A stretch of DNA of 64,000 nt from a bacterium (GTDB lineage: Bacteria > Patescibacteriota > Patescibacteriia > JAGPKW01), in assembly GCA_021780535.1 (NCBI GenBank), contig JAJXYN010000009.1, positions 5,631 through 69,630 on the forward strand, read 5' to 3'. Made by a program: the position numbers and the translations under genes. A model generated the notes under the pieces. That model made no database searches, had not been told where the DNA came from, and was given only the letters and a program-made list of their open reading frames with translations. Below are positions 28,766 to 38,015 of the stretch, piece by piece (positions within the stretch are counted from its first letter, which is position 1; each line of letters starts with the position of its first letter).

Positions 28766-28800
28766 CAAAAAAGCGACCATAAGGTCGCAATTTTTATTTT
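28766..28800. terminator. Bidirectional rho-independent terminator between the DUF218 gene (+) and the flavodoxin gene (-)
   Basis: AAAAAA-GCGACC-ataa-GGTCGC-AATTTTTATTTT. A-run and T-run on either side. Confidence 0.6.
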
Positions 28801-29279
28801 ATAATAACGCTATTTAACCATTCGTCTACTTCTTTTATTATCTCTTCTTTTCTGCTTTTAACATTTTTAAACGCTTTTTCTGATGTTATATGGTTATCTT
28901 TCAAGAAAGATGTCATTTCTTTAAAAACCTTACCAAAAGAAACCTCGTGCGTTGCAAAAAGATACATATCTTTATCCTTCATCTTGTTTTTCTCTAAAAA
29001 TGTTCTTATTGGTGGTGTCATTGTAAACGCCCAAACCGGCGTGCCCAAAAAGATGTTTTCATAGTCTTCTAAATTTACATTAATCTTCTCTATTTCTGGT
29101 TTGGATTTCATGATAACATGTCTTCCTAACCAAAAATATTTCATAAGACCATTCCCGCCTTTTAGTTCTTTTATTGGTTTTATTTCAAAGATATCAACTT
29201 CTAGCTTTTTACTAATAAGCTCCGCTACAAATCTAGTACTCCCTTCATTAGAATAGTATAAAACTAATGTTTTTCCCAT
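28794..29279 (-). CDS. Flavodoxin-like protein
   Basis: MGKTLVLYYSNEGSTRFVAE N-terminus, a flavodoxin-type FMN phosphate-binding loop. 161 aa. Confidence 0.65.
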   Translation of the reverse strand: MGKTLVLYYSNEGSTRFVAELISKKLEVDIFEIKPIKELKGGNGLMKYFWLGRHVIMKSKPEIEKINVNLEDYENIFLGTPVWAFTMTPPIRTFLEKNKMKDKDMYLFATHEVSFGKVFKEMTSFLKDNHITSEKAFKNVKSRKEEIIKEVDEWLNSVIIK

Positions 29280-29328
29280 TTATATTATTATTATTAATTA
29301 TCTTCTACATTATAATACGAAAATGAAA

Positions 29329-30042
29329 TTATTTGTATATATATTTTTTAAAGACTCTTATCAATATTTTAAACCTCTTTGCGAATAAGTGTTTTAAATT
29401 CATCCATCCATCTTTAAACGCATTTAATTTGGTTTTTCCCGTCCTCTCATAATATTCTATATTATATTCACCAAATTTTATATTTTTATTCAAAACTGCC
29501 TCCATTTTTATTTCTTGAGAAAGTGGCATTCCATCTGATTTTAAAATAATTCTGTCTAAAATTTTCATTTTAAAAACCCACATTCCAGTTTGAGAATCTT
29601 TAATATGTCTAAATGTTAATATATTAAACCACGCTGTTAGCCCCCAATTACCAACTTTATTTAACCAATACATTGATTTTTTATCTTTCAATGGAAACCT
29701 TGAACAATTTATAAAATCATAGTTATCGTCAATAAGCATATCTAATATTTTATTTAAATCATTCATTCCGTAAGTACCATCTGCATCGCAAGTAACTATA
29801 ATATCTGTATCTTCTGGAAAACTTCTAAATCCTTTTTTATAAGCGCTACCATAACCTGGTTTTTCTTCATCAACCACAATAAAACCAAAATTTTCAGCAA
29901 CCTCCTTTGTTTTATCTATTGAATTATTATTAACAGCAACAACGTGGTCTATATACGTTGGAATTAATTTTTGAGTTGCAACTAAACCTTCTTCTTCATT
30001 ATAACAAGGCATTATAACTGTAATGACTTTATTTTTATACAT
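29329..30042 (-). CDS. GT2 glycosyltransferase, polyprenol-phosphate mannose/glucose synthase (Dpm1-like)
   Basis: VITVIMPCYNEEEGL...DADGTY motifs. 237 aa with no TM extension. Confidence 0.75.
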   Translation of the reverse strand: MYKNKVITVIMPCYNEEEGLVATQKLIPTYIDHVVAVNNNSIDKTKEVAENFGFIVVDEEKPGYGSAYKKGFRSFPEDTDIIVTCDADGTYGMNDLNKILDMLIDDNYDFINCSRFPLKDKKSMYWLNKVGNWGLTAWFNILTFRHIKDSQTGMWVFKMKILDRIILKSDGMPLSQEIKMEAVLNKNIKFGEYNIEYYERTGKTKLNAFKDGWMNLKHLFAKRFKILIRVFKKYIYK

Positions 30043-30145
30043 TTTTTTGTTTTGACTTATTATTTTTCTACCTTATTTTTACTATATTTTTACGATTATG
30101 TCTATAATTTGTTAATAACAACAAAATCATATATTATATTAATAT

Positions 30146-30221
30146 GCCATTATAGCTCAGTTGGTAGAGCGTCTCCCTCGTAAAGAGAAGGTCAAGAGTT
30201 CGATTCTCTTTAATGGCTCCA
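30146..30221 (+). tRNA. tRNA-Thr (anticodon CGU) with genomically encoded CCA
   Basis: Manual fold: acceptor GCCATTA/TAATGGC, D-arm GCTC/GAGC, anticodon stem TCTCC/AGAGA with one 31-39 mismatch, loop CTCGTAA (U33, anticodon CGT, A37), 5-nt variable loop, T-arm AAGAG-TTCGATT-CTCTT, discriminator T, then CCA. Confidence 0.85.
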
Positions 30222-30227
30222 AAAATT

Positions 30228-30253
30228 AAAAATCCAGCTTTTACTGGATTTTT
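30228..30253. terminator. Bidirectional terminator between tRNA-Thr (+) and lysS (-)
   Basis: AAAAATCCAG-ctttta-CTGGATTTTT, a perfect 10-bp stem with A/T runs on both sides. Confidence 0.6.
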
Positions 30254-30256
30254 AAT

Positions 30257-31816
30257 TTATTCTCTTGGTCTCATTAATGGGAAAAATATGCAATCTCTCA
30301 AATTATCTTGTTTTAATAATAATGTTATAAATCTGTCTAACCCTAGACCAACTCCTGATATTGGTGGCATTCCATATCCCATTGCTTCTATATAATCATT
30401 ATCTCCTTGCATAGCTTCCTCATCACCTGTTTTTGCAGCTTTTTCTTGTTCTTGGAATCTTTCTTTTTGATCTATTGGGTCAACTAACTCTGAATATCCT
30501 TTTACAAGTTCCCAGCCATTAATTACTAATTGAAACTGATCAACCATATCTTTATTATCATCATTAACTCTAGCAAGTGGTTGCAATGCTTTTGGATAAT
30601 TATACAAGAATACTGGACCTATTAATTTTGGTCTAGAAACTTTTTTATAAAGATAGTCTATAGCTGTTGCAAGACTCATCTTGTCTATCCCATCTATTTT
30701 TATATTTTTAGATTTTAATTCTTTAACAAAAGAAACCCTATCTTCTTCTGTATTTTTAATATAATTTAATATGTTTATATCACAATCTTTTTTAATTAAT
30801 TCTACATAATCTAATCTTTCCCATTTTTTCAAGAAATCTACTTCTTTTATATTCCCTTCTTTATCTTTTATTGGTACTACTCTATCTAAATTTAACTTCT
30901 CAAAAACATTCTTAATCATTTTTTCTACATAATCCATATTTTCTTTATAACTCCAATATGCTGCATACCACTCAAAATGTGTATGCTCTGGAAGATGTGA
31001 TGGATCAATTCCTTCATTTCTAAATACCTTTCCTATTTCAAAAATTTTTTCATAACCACCTATTATTATTTTTTTATGTGGTAATTCATGAGAAATTCTA
31101 AGAACTAAATCTATATCTAATGCATTATTATGTGTATAATATGGCTTTGCTGCTGCCCCTGTTGCTTTTTGCTCTAGTGTTGGAGTTTCTACTTCTATAA
31201 AATTATTAGCCCACATAAATTCTCTAATTGTTTTTATAACATTAGATCTAAAAATAAATCTTTTTCTTACATCTTCATCTGTTAGTGTTTGTATATACCT
31301 TTGTCTTAAAACAACTTCTTCATCTACTATCCCGTGAAATTTTTCTGGCATTGGAGTAAGACATTTTCCTAAAAATGTTAATTCGTCAACTAAAACAGTT
31401 AATTCACCGTGATGGGTTTTGAATAATTCTCCCTCTACTCCTATATAATCACCTATATCAAGAAGTTTTTCTGTAAATTTGTATGAGTCCATTAAATCTG
31501 AATTTAATCCACTTACTTTTACAGTATCTTTTATAAAAGAGATCTGAATTCTTCCATCTTCATCTTGAAGTTGTGCAAAAGCTAATTTTCCATGTGTTCT
31601 ATAAATCATCATTCTACCTGCAACTTTTATTTTATTTTTAAATCCTGCTTTGATTTCTTCGGGTGTTCTTAATATTGTATTTTCTCCTATTTTTTTAGCT
31701 TCTGTACTTGAAATTTTCCCTAAATAATTTTCTGGGTATGTATTTATTCCTAATTCTTTGATTTTATTTAATTTTTCTAATCTTACTACTTTTTCGTCTA
31801 ATGAATTTATTTCCAT
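30257..31816 (-). CDS. lysS: Lysyl-tRNA synthetase, class II
   Basis: 519 aa. N-terminal OB anticodon-binding region. Class II motifs (FRNEGIDPSHLPEHT..., GGYEKIFEIGKVFRNEG). Typical LysS start MEINSLDEKVVRLEKL. Confidence 0.92.
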   Translation of the reverse strand: MEINSLDEKVVRLEKLNKIKELGINTYPENYLGKISSTEAKKIGENTILRTPEEIKAGFKNKIKVAGRMMIYRTHGKLAFAQLQDEDGRIQISFIKDTVKVSGLNSDLMDSYKFTEKLLDIGDYIGVEGELFKTHHGELTVLVDELTFLGKCLTPMPEKFHGIVDEEVVLRQRYIQTLTDEDVRKRFIFRSNVIKTIREFMWANNFIEVETPTLEQKATGAAAKPYYTHNNALDIDLVLRISHELPHKKIIIGGYEKIFEIGKVFRNEGIDPSHLPEHTHFEWYAAYWSYKENMDYVEKMIKNVFEKLNLDRVVPIKDKEGNIKEVDFLKKWERLDYVELIKKDCDINILNYIKNTEEDRVSFVKELKSKNIKIDGIDKMSLATAIDYLYKKVSRPKLIGPVFLYNYPKALQPLARVNDDNKDMVDQFQLVINGWELVKGYSELVDPIDQKERFQEQEKAAKTGDEEAMQGDNDYIEAMGYGMPPISGVGLGLDRFITLLLKQDNLRDCIFFPLMRPRE

Positions 31817-31980
31817 AACGGTTAATAATTATAAATTAAGCTTTGATTTATGACTTGCTGAAATAATCATAAATTCAATAATACTGTTTTCTTCCTGGTG
31901 ATTTTCAATTATTTTATCATCAAAAATCTTTAAAATCAATTTATTTTTGATATTTTACTAAAAAATGGTAAAATATTGAT

Positions 31981-32307
31981 ATGAAAAAAATATTTTTATT
32001 TATTACAACTTTACTTTTTTTGCCACTCACAACCAATGCTGTTGTTAATGATTATAATCTTAGTTCTGAAATCGGTGGTTTTTCTGGCCTTAACTTCAAT
32101 TCTCCCATTATGATTATTGTAAACATAGTAGCGGCAATTATTATGATTTTTTCTATAATAAATTTAATGGTTGGATATACTAGATGGCGTTATTTAGCTT
32201 CTGGCAATGTTGAAGAAATGAAAAAAGCAAAAAAAACATTAACTGATTCTATTACTGGTTTTGCAATATTAATAATAGTATTATTAATAGACATTCTTAT
32301 AAAATAA
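31981..32307 (+). CDS. Small secreted/membrane protein, possibly a VirB2/TrbC-like pilin
   Basis: 108 aa with a signal peptide (…LPLTTNA), two hydrophobic helices and a short basic loop. The architecture resembles conjugative pilins. No sequence motif confirmation. Confidence 0.35.
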   Translation: MKKIFLFITTLLFLPLTTNAVVNDYNLSSEIGGFSGLNFNSPIMIIVNIVAAIIMIFSIINLMVGYTRWRYLASGNVEEMKKAKKTLTDSITGFAILIIVLLIDILIK

Positions 32308-32342
32308 TATAATAACATATTATTGACTTTTTGTAAAAAATA

Positions 32343-32633
32343 ATGTATAGTACAAAAAATTTATACATTATTTTTATTTATAAAGATATGGTTACAAAAA
32401 ATCAAATGGACTTTGTAAGACACTTTTTTGGAATATTTTTATTATTTATTGGATTAATAGGCATAATATTACCTATAATGCCTGGTTTAATTTTCTTAGG
32501 CATAGGACTTACTCTTCTTGAAGATATAATATTCTTTAAAAATTTGAAAAATAAAATAGAATACAATATTAAATCTGCACTTCCTATATCATTTAAAGAT
32601 ATTAGGAGACAAAAAAAAGAAATTCTTACATAA
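32343..32633 (+). CDS. YbaN/DUF454-family small inner-membrane protein
   Basis: GLIGIILPIMPGLIFLGIGL matches the G-x-x-G-x-x-LP-x-LP-(T/G)-x-x-FL core of DUF454. Confidence 0.5.
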   Translation: MYSTKNLYIIFIYKDMVTKNQMDFVRHFFGIFLLFIGLIGIILPIMPGLIFLGIGLTLLEDIIFFKNLKNKIEYNIKSALPISFKDIRRQKKEILT

Positions 32634-32670
32634 AAAATATCAGACGCTTTACAGTGCCTGATATTTTTTT
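32632..32670 (+). terminator. Terminator hairpin after the ybaN-like gene
   Basis: AAAAAATATCAG-(14-nt loop)-CTGATATTTTTT, a 12-bp perfect stem plus T-run. Confidence 0.5.
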
Positions 32671-32902
32671 ATAAAACTTTTAAAATGTTTGACTAAAAAC
32701 CTTAAAGAAAGCGATGTTGCGAGAAAAAGGTTTGTAAAACTCGAACAACATCATTTTGAGAGATCAAAAACTCTTTAAAGCAGTAATCAAACAATTTAAA
32801 AATTTTATTTTATTTTTATTGTGATAAAACACTATCACAAGTAGTACTCCTTGTCAATATTGTCAAAAAAAACAACTCAAATTAATGAATTGTTTTTTAT
32901 TA

Positions 32903-33589
32903 TTATTGAATAGAAACTTTTATACCAGGCCCCATTGTTGAATTTATAGAAATTGTTTTCAAGTATGATCTTTTTATAGTTTCTGGTTTAGCGGCTTTTA
33001 TTGCTTCCATTATAGTATTAAAATTTTCAAGCAATTGTTTTTCTGTAAAATCAGATTTACCTATAACTTGATGAACTATACCGGTTTTATCATTTTTAAA
33101 AGCAACCTTACCTGCCTTTTGTTCTAATACTGCCTTCGCAACATCTGTTGTTACTGTACCAACTTTTGGATTTGGCATAAGCCCTTTTGGTCCAAGTATT
33201 CTAGCTAATTTAGACAATTTAACCATCATAGATGGTGTTGCTATAGCTACATCAAAATTTATCGTTCCAGATTTTGCTATATCATCTATCAAATCTTCAG
33301 CTCCAATAAAATCTGCTCCTGCTTTTTTAGCTGCATCTGCATCATTTCCTTCTGCAAATACTGCAACTTTTTTAGTTTTACCTGTACCATGTGGTAATAC
33401 CACAGATCCTCTAATTTGTTCATCTGTTTTTTTCAAATTCATATTTAATCTAATATGAACTTCTATTGAAGGAGTAAATTTTGCTTTTGATGCTTTTTTT
33501 ACTAATTCCATAGCTTCTTCTGGTGTATAGATTTTGTTCTTATCAACCATTTTTGCTAATTCGTTGTATCTTACTGATCTTTTTTCCAT
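32903..33589 (-). CDS. rplA: 50S ribosomal protein L1
   Basis: 228 aa. Conserved L1 sequence blocks (…VAVFAEGNDADAAKKAGADFIG…, …LGPKGLMPNPKVGTVT…). Confidence 0.92.
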   Translation of the reverse strand: MEKRSVRYNELAKMVDKNKIYTPEEAMELVKKASKAKFTPSIEVHIRLNMNLKKTDEQIRGSVVLPHGTGKTKKVAVFAEGNDADAAKKAGADFIGAEDLIDDIAKSGTINFDVAIATPSMMVKLSKLARILGPKGLMPNPKVGTVTTDVAKAVLEQKAGKVAFKNDKTGIVHQVIGKSDFTEKQLLENFNTIMEAIKAAKPETIKRSYLKTISINSTMGPGIKVSIQ

Positions 33590-33679
33590 ATTATTTATAT
33601 TACGATTATTTTATTATTAATCTCCCTCTATTTAGTTTAGCTAGTTGAGTTAGTTAAATTGAGGTAATTTTTATTATTA

Positions 33680-34198
33680 TTATATTTCATTATAATCCTT
33701 ACTTCTTCTTATATCTCTAACAATTATAAACCAATGTATAAGATATATTGGGAAACCCACTATTATCATAGACAAAGCGTTTGCCATATCTCTATCTCTA
33801 TTTTCTTTTACGTAATCTCTTTTTGATTCTACTTCTTGTCTTTGCTTTTCAGAATCGCTATAAGCTTTGTAATCACTTAGCCATGTTCCCAATGTTTGCA
33901 ATTGGTCATCTGTTAGTTGCTTATTTTCTGGTGTTGCTGTTTCTTCTTTTGTTTTTAATTTTTCAATTGTGGTCTTTGTATTATTTACATCAGTATTTAT
34001 CGTTGATGCAAATTTAGGATCCATCGCAGTTGGTTGTGCTATATAATAATTATTATAATTATAGTCAGCGCTTTTAAAGACATATGTTTTTAAAAGATTA
34101 TTTACTATAATGACACCACCAACTATTGTTAAAACTAAACCAACTAGAGCAAATAGATATAAATACACTGTTCTAATTACGTTTTTTGTTGTAGACAT
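33680..34198 (-). CDS. Hypothetical membrane protein inserted between rplK and rplA
   Basis: 172 aa. N- and C-terminal TM helices flank a charged coiled/low-complexity middle. No known family. Confidence 0.55.
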   Translation of the reverse strand: MSTTKNVIRTVYLYLFALVGLVLTIVGGVIIVNNLLKTYVFKSADYNYNNYYIAQPTAMDPKFASTINTDVNNTKTTIEKLKTKEETATPENKQLTDDQLQTLGTWLSDYKAYSDSEKQRQEVESKRDYVKENRDRDMANALSMIIVGFPIYLIHWFIIVRDIRRSKDYNEI

Positions 34199-34231
34199 TT
34201 TGTAAAGTTAGTTATTAAAATAAAAAACTTA

Positions 34232-34642
34232 TTAGTCAACTATTTCAACCCCCATCTGTCTTGCTGTACCAGAAACTATTTTCATAGCTTGTTCAACATT
34301 TTCTGTATTTAGATCTGGCATTTTTATCTCAGCAATTGTTTTAAGATCTGCTTTTGATAAATTACCTACTTTTTTGAGTAAAGCGCTGCCTGATCCTTTT
34401 TGAATTTTTGCGTATTTCTTAATAAGTTCTGATGCTGGAGGAGTGTGGAATACTAATGTATACGTCTTATCATCTGCCACTATTATCTCAACAGGGATAA
34501 TTCCTTCTTTTCCATTTGTAGCAGCGTTGAATTTTAAACAAAATTCTTGGATATTTAATCCTGCTTGACCTAACGCTGGTCCAACTGGAGGAGCTGGGTT
34601 AGCTTTTCCGGCCATTATTTGTAATTTTATTACTTTTGCCAT
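34232..34642 (-). CDS. rplK: 50S ribosomal protein L11
   Basis: MAKVIKLQIMAGKANPAPPVGPALGQAGLNIQEFCLKFNA... canonical L11 N-terminus. 136 aa. Confidence 0.92.
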   Translation of the reverse strand: MAKVIKLQIMAGKANPAPPVGPALGQAGLNIQEFCLKFNAATNGKEGIIPVEIIVADDKTYTLVFHTPPASELIKKYAKIQKGSGSALLKKVGNLSKADLKTIAEIKMPDLNTENVEQAMKIVSGTARQMGVEIVD

Positions 34643-34945
34643 ATTTAAATTTTAAATTTATTAGTAGCGCAAATTATTAATTTGCTCACAAAATTAAAAT
34701 CTACAAATTAAAGTTATTAATTATTTAACTTTAATAGAAGCTGTAAAAATTAATATAAGTATTTTAGGTTATTTTAAGGAAAAAATCAAGAGTACCTGGT
34801 GTAAAATTATGAAATGCTTATCTTACGTTCCGAGTTATTTTTTCATCTTACATTTTTTAAAGGTTTTTCATTATCATTCAAAACCTTAAAAATGAAGCAT
34901 AAAAAAACACAATTTATGTATTATAAAAATAAACTATAAATAAAA

Positions 34946-34978
34946 AATCCTGAATATTTCATCAGAATTTTTTAATAT
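34946..34978 (-). terminator. Terminator after nusG (minus strand)
   Basis: Minus sense: AAAAAAUUCUGAUGAAAUAUUCAGGAUUUUUU, an imperfect hairpin with a U-run, immediately after the nusG stop. Confidence 0.4.
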
Positions 34979-35524
34979 TTAATCTAATTTTTTAACTTGT
35001 AATAAGTCTAGCTCTACTGGAGTCTCTCTTCCAAAAATAGAAACCAAAACTTTTATCTTTCCCTTTTCTGTATCTATACTACTTACATTTCCTTCAAAAT
35101 CTTTAAATGGTCCGTCTGATATCTTAACTAATTCTCCAACTTCAACATTAACAACATATTTTGGTACTTCAACACCCATTTTCTTCATTAATGTATCTAT
35201 TTCTTCTTTTGAAACTGGGGTAGGAGTAACCCCTGAACCTATAAAACCTGTTACGTTTGGAGTGTTTCTAACCACGTACCAAGATTCATCTGTTAATTCC
35301 ATTTCTACAAATACATATCCTGGAAATATTTTCTCAACAACAACATTTCTTTTTCCGGATTTGATTTTTATTTTCTTTTCTGTTGGAATTAAAACTGAAA
35401 AAATCTTATCTTCCATATCCATTGATTCTATTCTTTGTTCTAGACTTTTTTTTACATTTTCTTCATACCCTGAATATGTATGAATAACATACCAACTTCT
35501 TCCTTCCCCTTTTTGTTTAGACAT
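34979..35524 (-). CDS. nusG: Transcription termination/antitermination factor NusG
   Basis: NGN domain (RSWYVIHTYSGYEENV) and a C-terminal KOW motif (VEVGELVKISDGPFKDFEGNV). 181 aa, between secE and rplK. Confidence 0.9.
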   Translation of the reverse strand: MSKQKGEGRSWYVIHTYSGYEENVKKSLEQRIESMDMEDKIFSVLIPTEKKIKIKSGKRNVVVEKIFPGYVFVEMELTDESWYVVRNTPNVTGFIGSGVTPTPVSKEEIDTLMKKMGVEVPKYVVNVEVGELVKISDGPFKDFEGNVSSIDTEKGKIKVLVSIFGRETPVELDLLQVKKLD

Positions 35525-35589
35525 AAAATATTATTATTATTTAGGTGTTACACGATGCAACACTTACAATTTAATTAATTATTTATAAT

Positions 35590-35802
35590 TTATTTTAATG
35601 AAATCATCCATTCTACTAAATGTGTTAAACCAAAATCTAATGATCCTAAAAAGATAGCCATAAATATACATATTAATATAACTAATATTGTATGATTAAC
35701 TGCTTCGTCTCTAGTTGGCCACTTTACTTTTTTTAATTCTTCTATTGCTGAACTAAAATATGTAGATATTTTATTTTGTTTTTTATTTACATCTTCTGCC
35801 AT
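35590..35802 (-). CDS. secE: Preprotein translocase subunit SecE
   Basis: 70 aa, single C-terminal TM (…KVKWPTRDEAVNHTILVILICIFMAIFLGSLD…), upstream of nusG. Confidence 0.8.
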   Translation of the reverse strand: MAEDVNKKQNKISTYFSSAIEELKKVKWPTRDEAVNHTILVILICIFMAIFLGSLDFGLTHLVEWMISLK

Positions 35803-35888
35803 TTTGTTCTTTTTATTCTATCTTAAAAAGACCATTTATAGGTCCTTCTAAGATAATAACATTTTATAAATAAAAAATCAAGAAATTT

Positions 35889-35914
35889 AAAAACAGGTTT
35901 TAACCTGTTTTTAA
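35889..35914. terminator. Bidirectional terminator downstream of the pilin gene
   Basis: AAAAACAGGTT-ttaa-CCTGTTTTT perfect hairpin with flanking A/T runs. Confidence 0.6.
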
Positions 35915-35920
35915 GAGTTA

Positions 35921-36370
35921 CTAATTGATACCATCTTGAGTTGCTGTATGAGCACCTGAAGTGTAAGATCCTGTTGAGTCTTCCAAAGAAAAACCTATAT
36001 TGAAAGTTGTAGCTGTTCCTGTGTAAGAATAATTAGAACCATTTGGTAATGGATTAGCAGGAACTATACCCATATAAATTTTTCCACAGCCCGTTGTTGT
36101 ATCTTGGAAACCGGCAGCAGTATCACACAAAACCTTATGAGTAGCATCTCCTAATGTTATAGCAGTAGTTGCAACTGGGTAAGCATTTTTATCATTAAAA
36201 TATAATTCTAATGCTGTTTGGAGTTGTCTTATATCTCCAACTCTTTTTGCATCTCTACCTTTTTGTCTAGCGCCATTTAAGGCTACAATAGATATAGTTG
36301 CCAACAAACCTATAATTGCAATAACTATTAATAATTCTATTATCGTGAAACCCTTCTTATCTTGTAACAT
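35921..36370 (-). CDS. pilA: Type IV pilin (major pilin/pseudopilin) with class III signal peptide
   Basis: MLQDKKGFTIIELLIVIAIIGLLATISIVALNG. Canonical prepilin cleavage/methylation motif (G|FTxIELL). Confidence 0.85.
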   Translation of the reverse strand: MLQDKKGFTIIELLIVIAIIGLLATISIVALNGARQKGRDAKRVGDIRQLQTALELYFNDKNAYPVATTAITLGDATHKVLCDTAAGFQDTTTGCGKIYMGIVPANPLPNGSNYSYTGTATTFNIGFSLEDSTGSYTSGAHTATQDGIN

Positions 36371-36449
36371 TTTATGTTAATTAAAATTTAATTAAATCTT
36401 TATCTATATATTTTACATCAAAATATAAAAGCACACAAATTTTAAAAGA

Positions 36450-36917
36450 CTACTTTTCAACAGATAACCCTGCAACACTCAACTTAAAAGTACAACCTTT
36501 TTTATTTTCATTTTTTGTATGAATACAACCTAGCTCTGCACTATCATAATTCGTAGTAAATCTAATAGAATAATCTAACCCACTTGAATTTTTTTCATAT
36601 ACAAAGTCATTACCATATTGTTTAAACAATAAAATGTTTTTATCACAATTATTACTATTATTTTGAAATGAATAATTACATAAATATAATCCGTTTAGCA
36701 TAATATCATTGTTTGATTTTGGATACTCTCCATATTGAAGATGATATTTACTTAAAATTGATCTTATATCTGATGTTTCTGACAATAAAACCAATCCTTT
36801 TGTTTGTATATCATTTTTATTGAAAGATATTACCGAAAGATAAATATAAAAAAATAAGACTATGGCAATTGTAATAATGATAAATATTTTAAATAATTTT
36901 TTGTTTTTTAATTTCAT
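36450..36917 (-). CDS. Hypothetical signal-anchored, Cys-containing secreted protein in the pilus cluster
   Basis: 155 aa. N-terminal TM but no G-F-T-x-E prepilin motif. Two Cys pairs (CNYSF…NCDKN and CIHTK…GCTF). Confidence 0.45.
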   Translation of the reverse strand: MKLKNKKLFKIFIIITIAIVLFFYIYLSVISFNKNDIQTKGLVLLSETSDIRSILSKYHLQYGEYPKSNNDIMLNGLYLCNYSFQNNSNNCDKNILLFKQYGNDFVYEKNSSGLDYSIRFTTNYDSAELGCIHTKNENKKGCTFKLSVAGLSVEK

Positions 36918-36926
36918 ATTTTAATT

Positions 36927-38015
36927 TTATATTTGACTTGATAAAGAATACATAGGAAGAAGAACGGCTGCCACTATTAATGCAACTACTATACCAAGAA
37001 AGACCATTATTACTGGTTCTATAAGACTTGATATAGAATCTGTAATATTTTTTAATTCTCTTATATAAAAACTTGATATTTTTTCTAAGACGTAGTCTAA
37101 TTTTCCAGTTTTTTCACCTATTGAAATCATCCCTGTAAACATTATAGGAATTTCTTTATATTCTGCAAATGATGAAGATATTTTGTCTCCATTTTTTATT
37201 TTTTCAGTTGCTTCCCTTATTATATCTTCATAAACTTTATTACCAACTATTTCTGCTGTTATATTTAAACAATCAATAAGCGGAACACTACTTCTTATTA
37301 ATACATATAAATTTTTTGACATTCTTGCAATATATATTTTTTGAAATACCTTCCCAAATATTGGAATTTTTAATAATAAAGAATGAAAAAACTTTTTACC
37401 TTTATCTGTATTATAGTATTTTATACATAAAAAAGATATTAAAGCCGTCCCCAATATTATAAGTATTGTATTATCAACAAAAAATTTAGATACTGATAAT
37501 AATATTCTGGTTACAAGTGGTAATTGACCACCAGTTTCTGATAAAACTTCTGTCATTTTTGGTATTACATACGTAACTATAATACCAACAACCCCTACCA
37601 TCGTTATTAATATAAATATTGGATATGTCAGAGCGCTTTTTAATTTATTTAATGTATCATAATTATTTTCTAACTCCTCTGCTAAAAAATTTAAAGACTC
37701 ATCTAAATTTCCAGTCACTTCTCCTGGTTTTAATATATTAATATAATATTTATTAAAAACTTTTGGATGAAATGCCATTGCTTCTGACAATTTATAACCA
37801 TTTTCTATTTTATTCAATAGATCTTCTATAATGTTTTTTAATTTACTATCTCCTTGATTTAAAAGTATTTTAAAAATATCTGCTATTTGAACATTTGCAG
37901 AAAACATAATAGCAAGCTGTCTGAAAAATACTGTTAAATCTTTTATCTTTATTTTTTCTGAAAAGATATCACCAATATTAAAATCTTTATTTAAAAAATC
38001 TTTTATTTTATTCAT
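36927..38015 (-). CDS. pilC: Type IV pilus assembly platform protein PilC (GspF family)
   Basis: 362 aa with the two-repeat GspF architecture and 3 TM segments. Gene overlaps pilB. Confidence 0.85.
   Translation of the reverse strand: MNKIKDFLNKDFNIGDIFSEKIKIKDLTVFFRQLAIMFSANVQIADIFKILLNQGDSKLKNIIEDLLNKIENGYKLSEAMAFHPKVFNKYYINILKPGEVTGNLDESLNFLAEELENNYDTLNKLKSALTYPIFILITMVGVVGIIVTYVIPKMTEVLSETGGQLPLVTRILLSVSKFFVDNTILIILGTALISFLCIKYYNTDKGKKFFHSLLLKIPIFGKVFQKIYIARMSKNLYVLIRSSVPLIDCLNITAEIVGNKVYEDIIREATEKIKNGDKISSSFAEYKEIPIMFTGMISIGEKTGKLDYVLEKISSFYIRELKNITDSISSLIEPVIMVFLGIVVALIVAAVLLPMYSLSSQI

Noticed and set aside
35803-35920. tRNA-Trp expected upstream of secE
   Set aside because: No cloverleaf could be folded. 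The region contains only the bidirectional terminator of the pilin gene.
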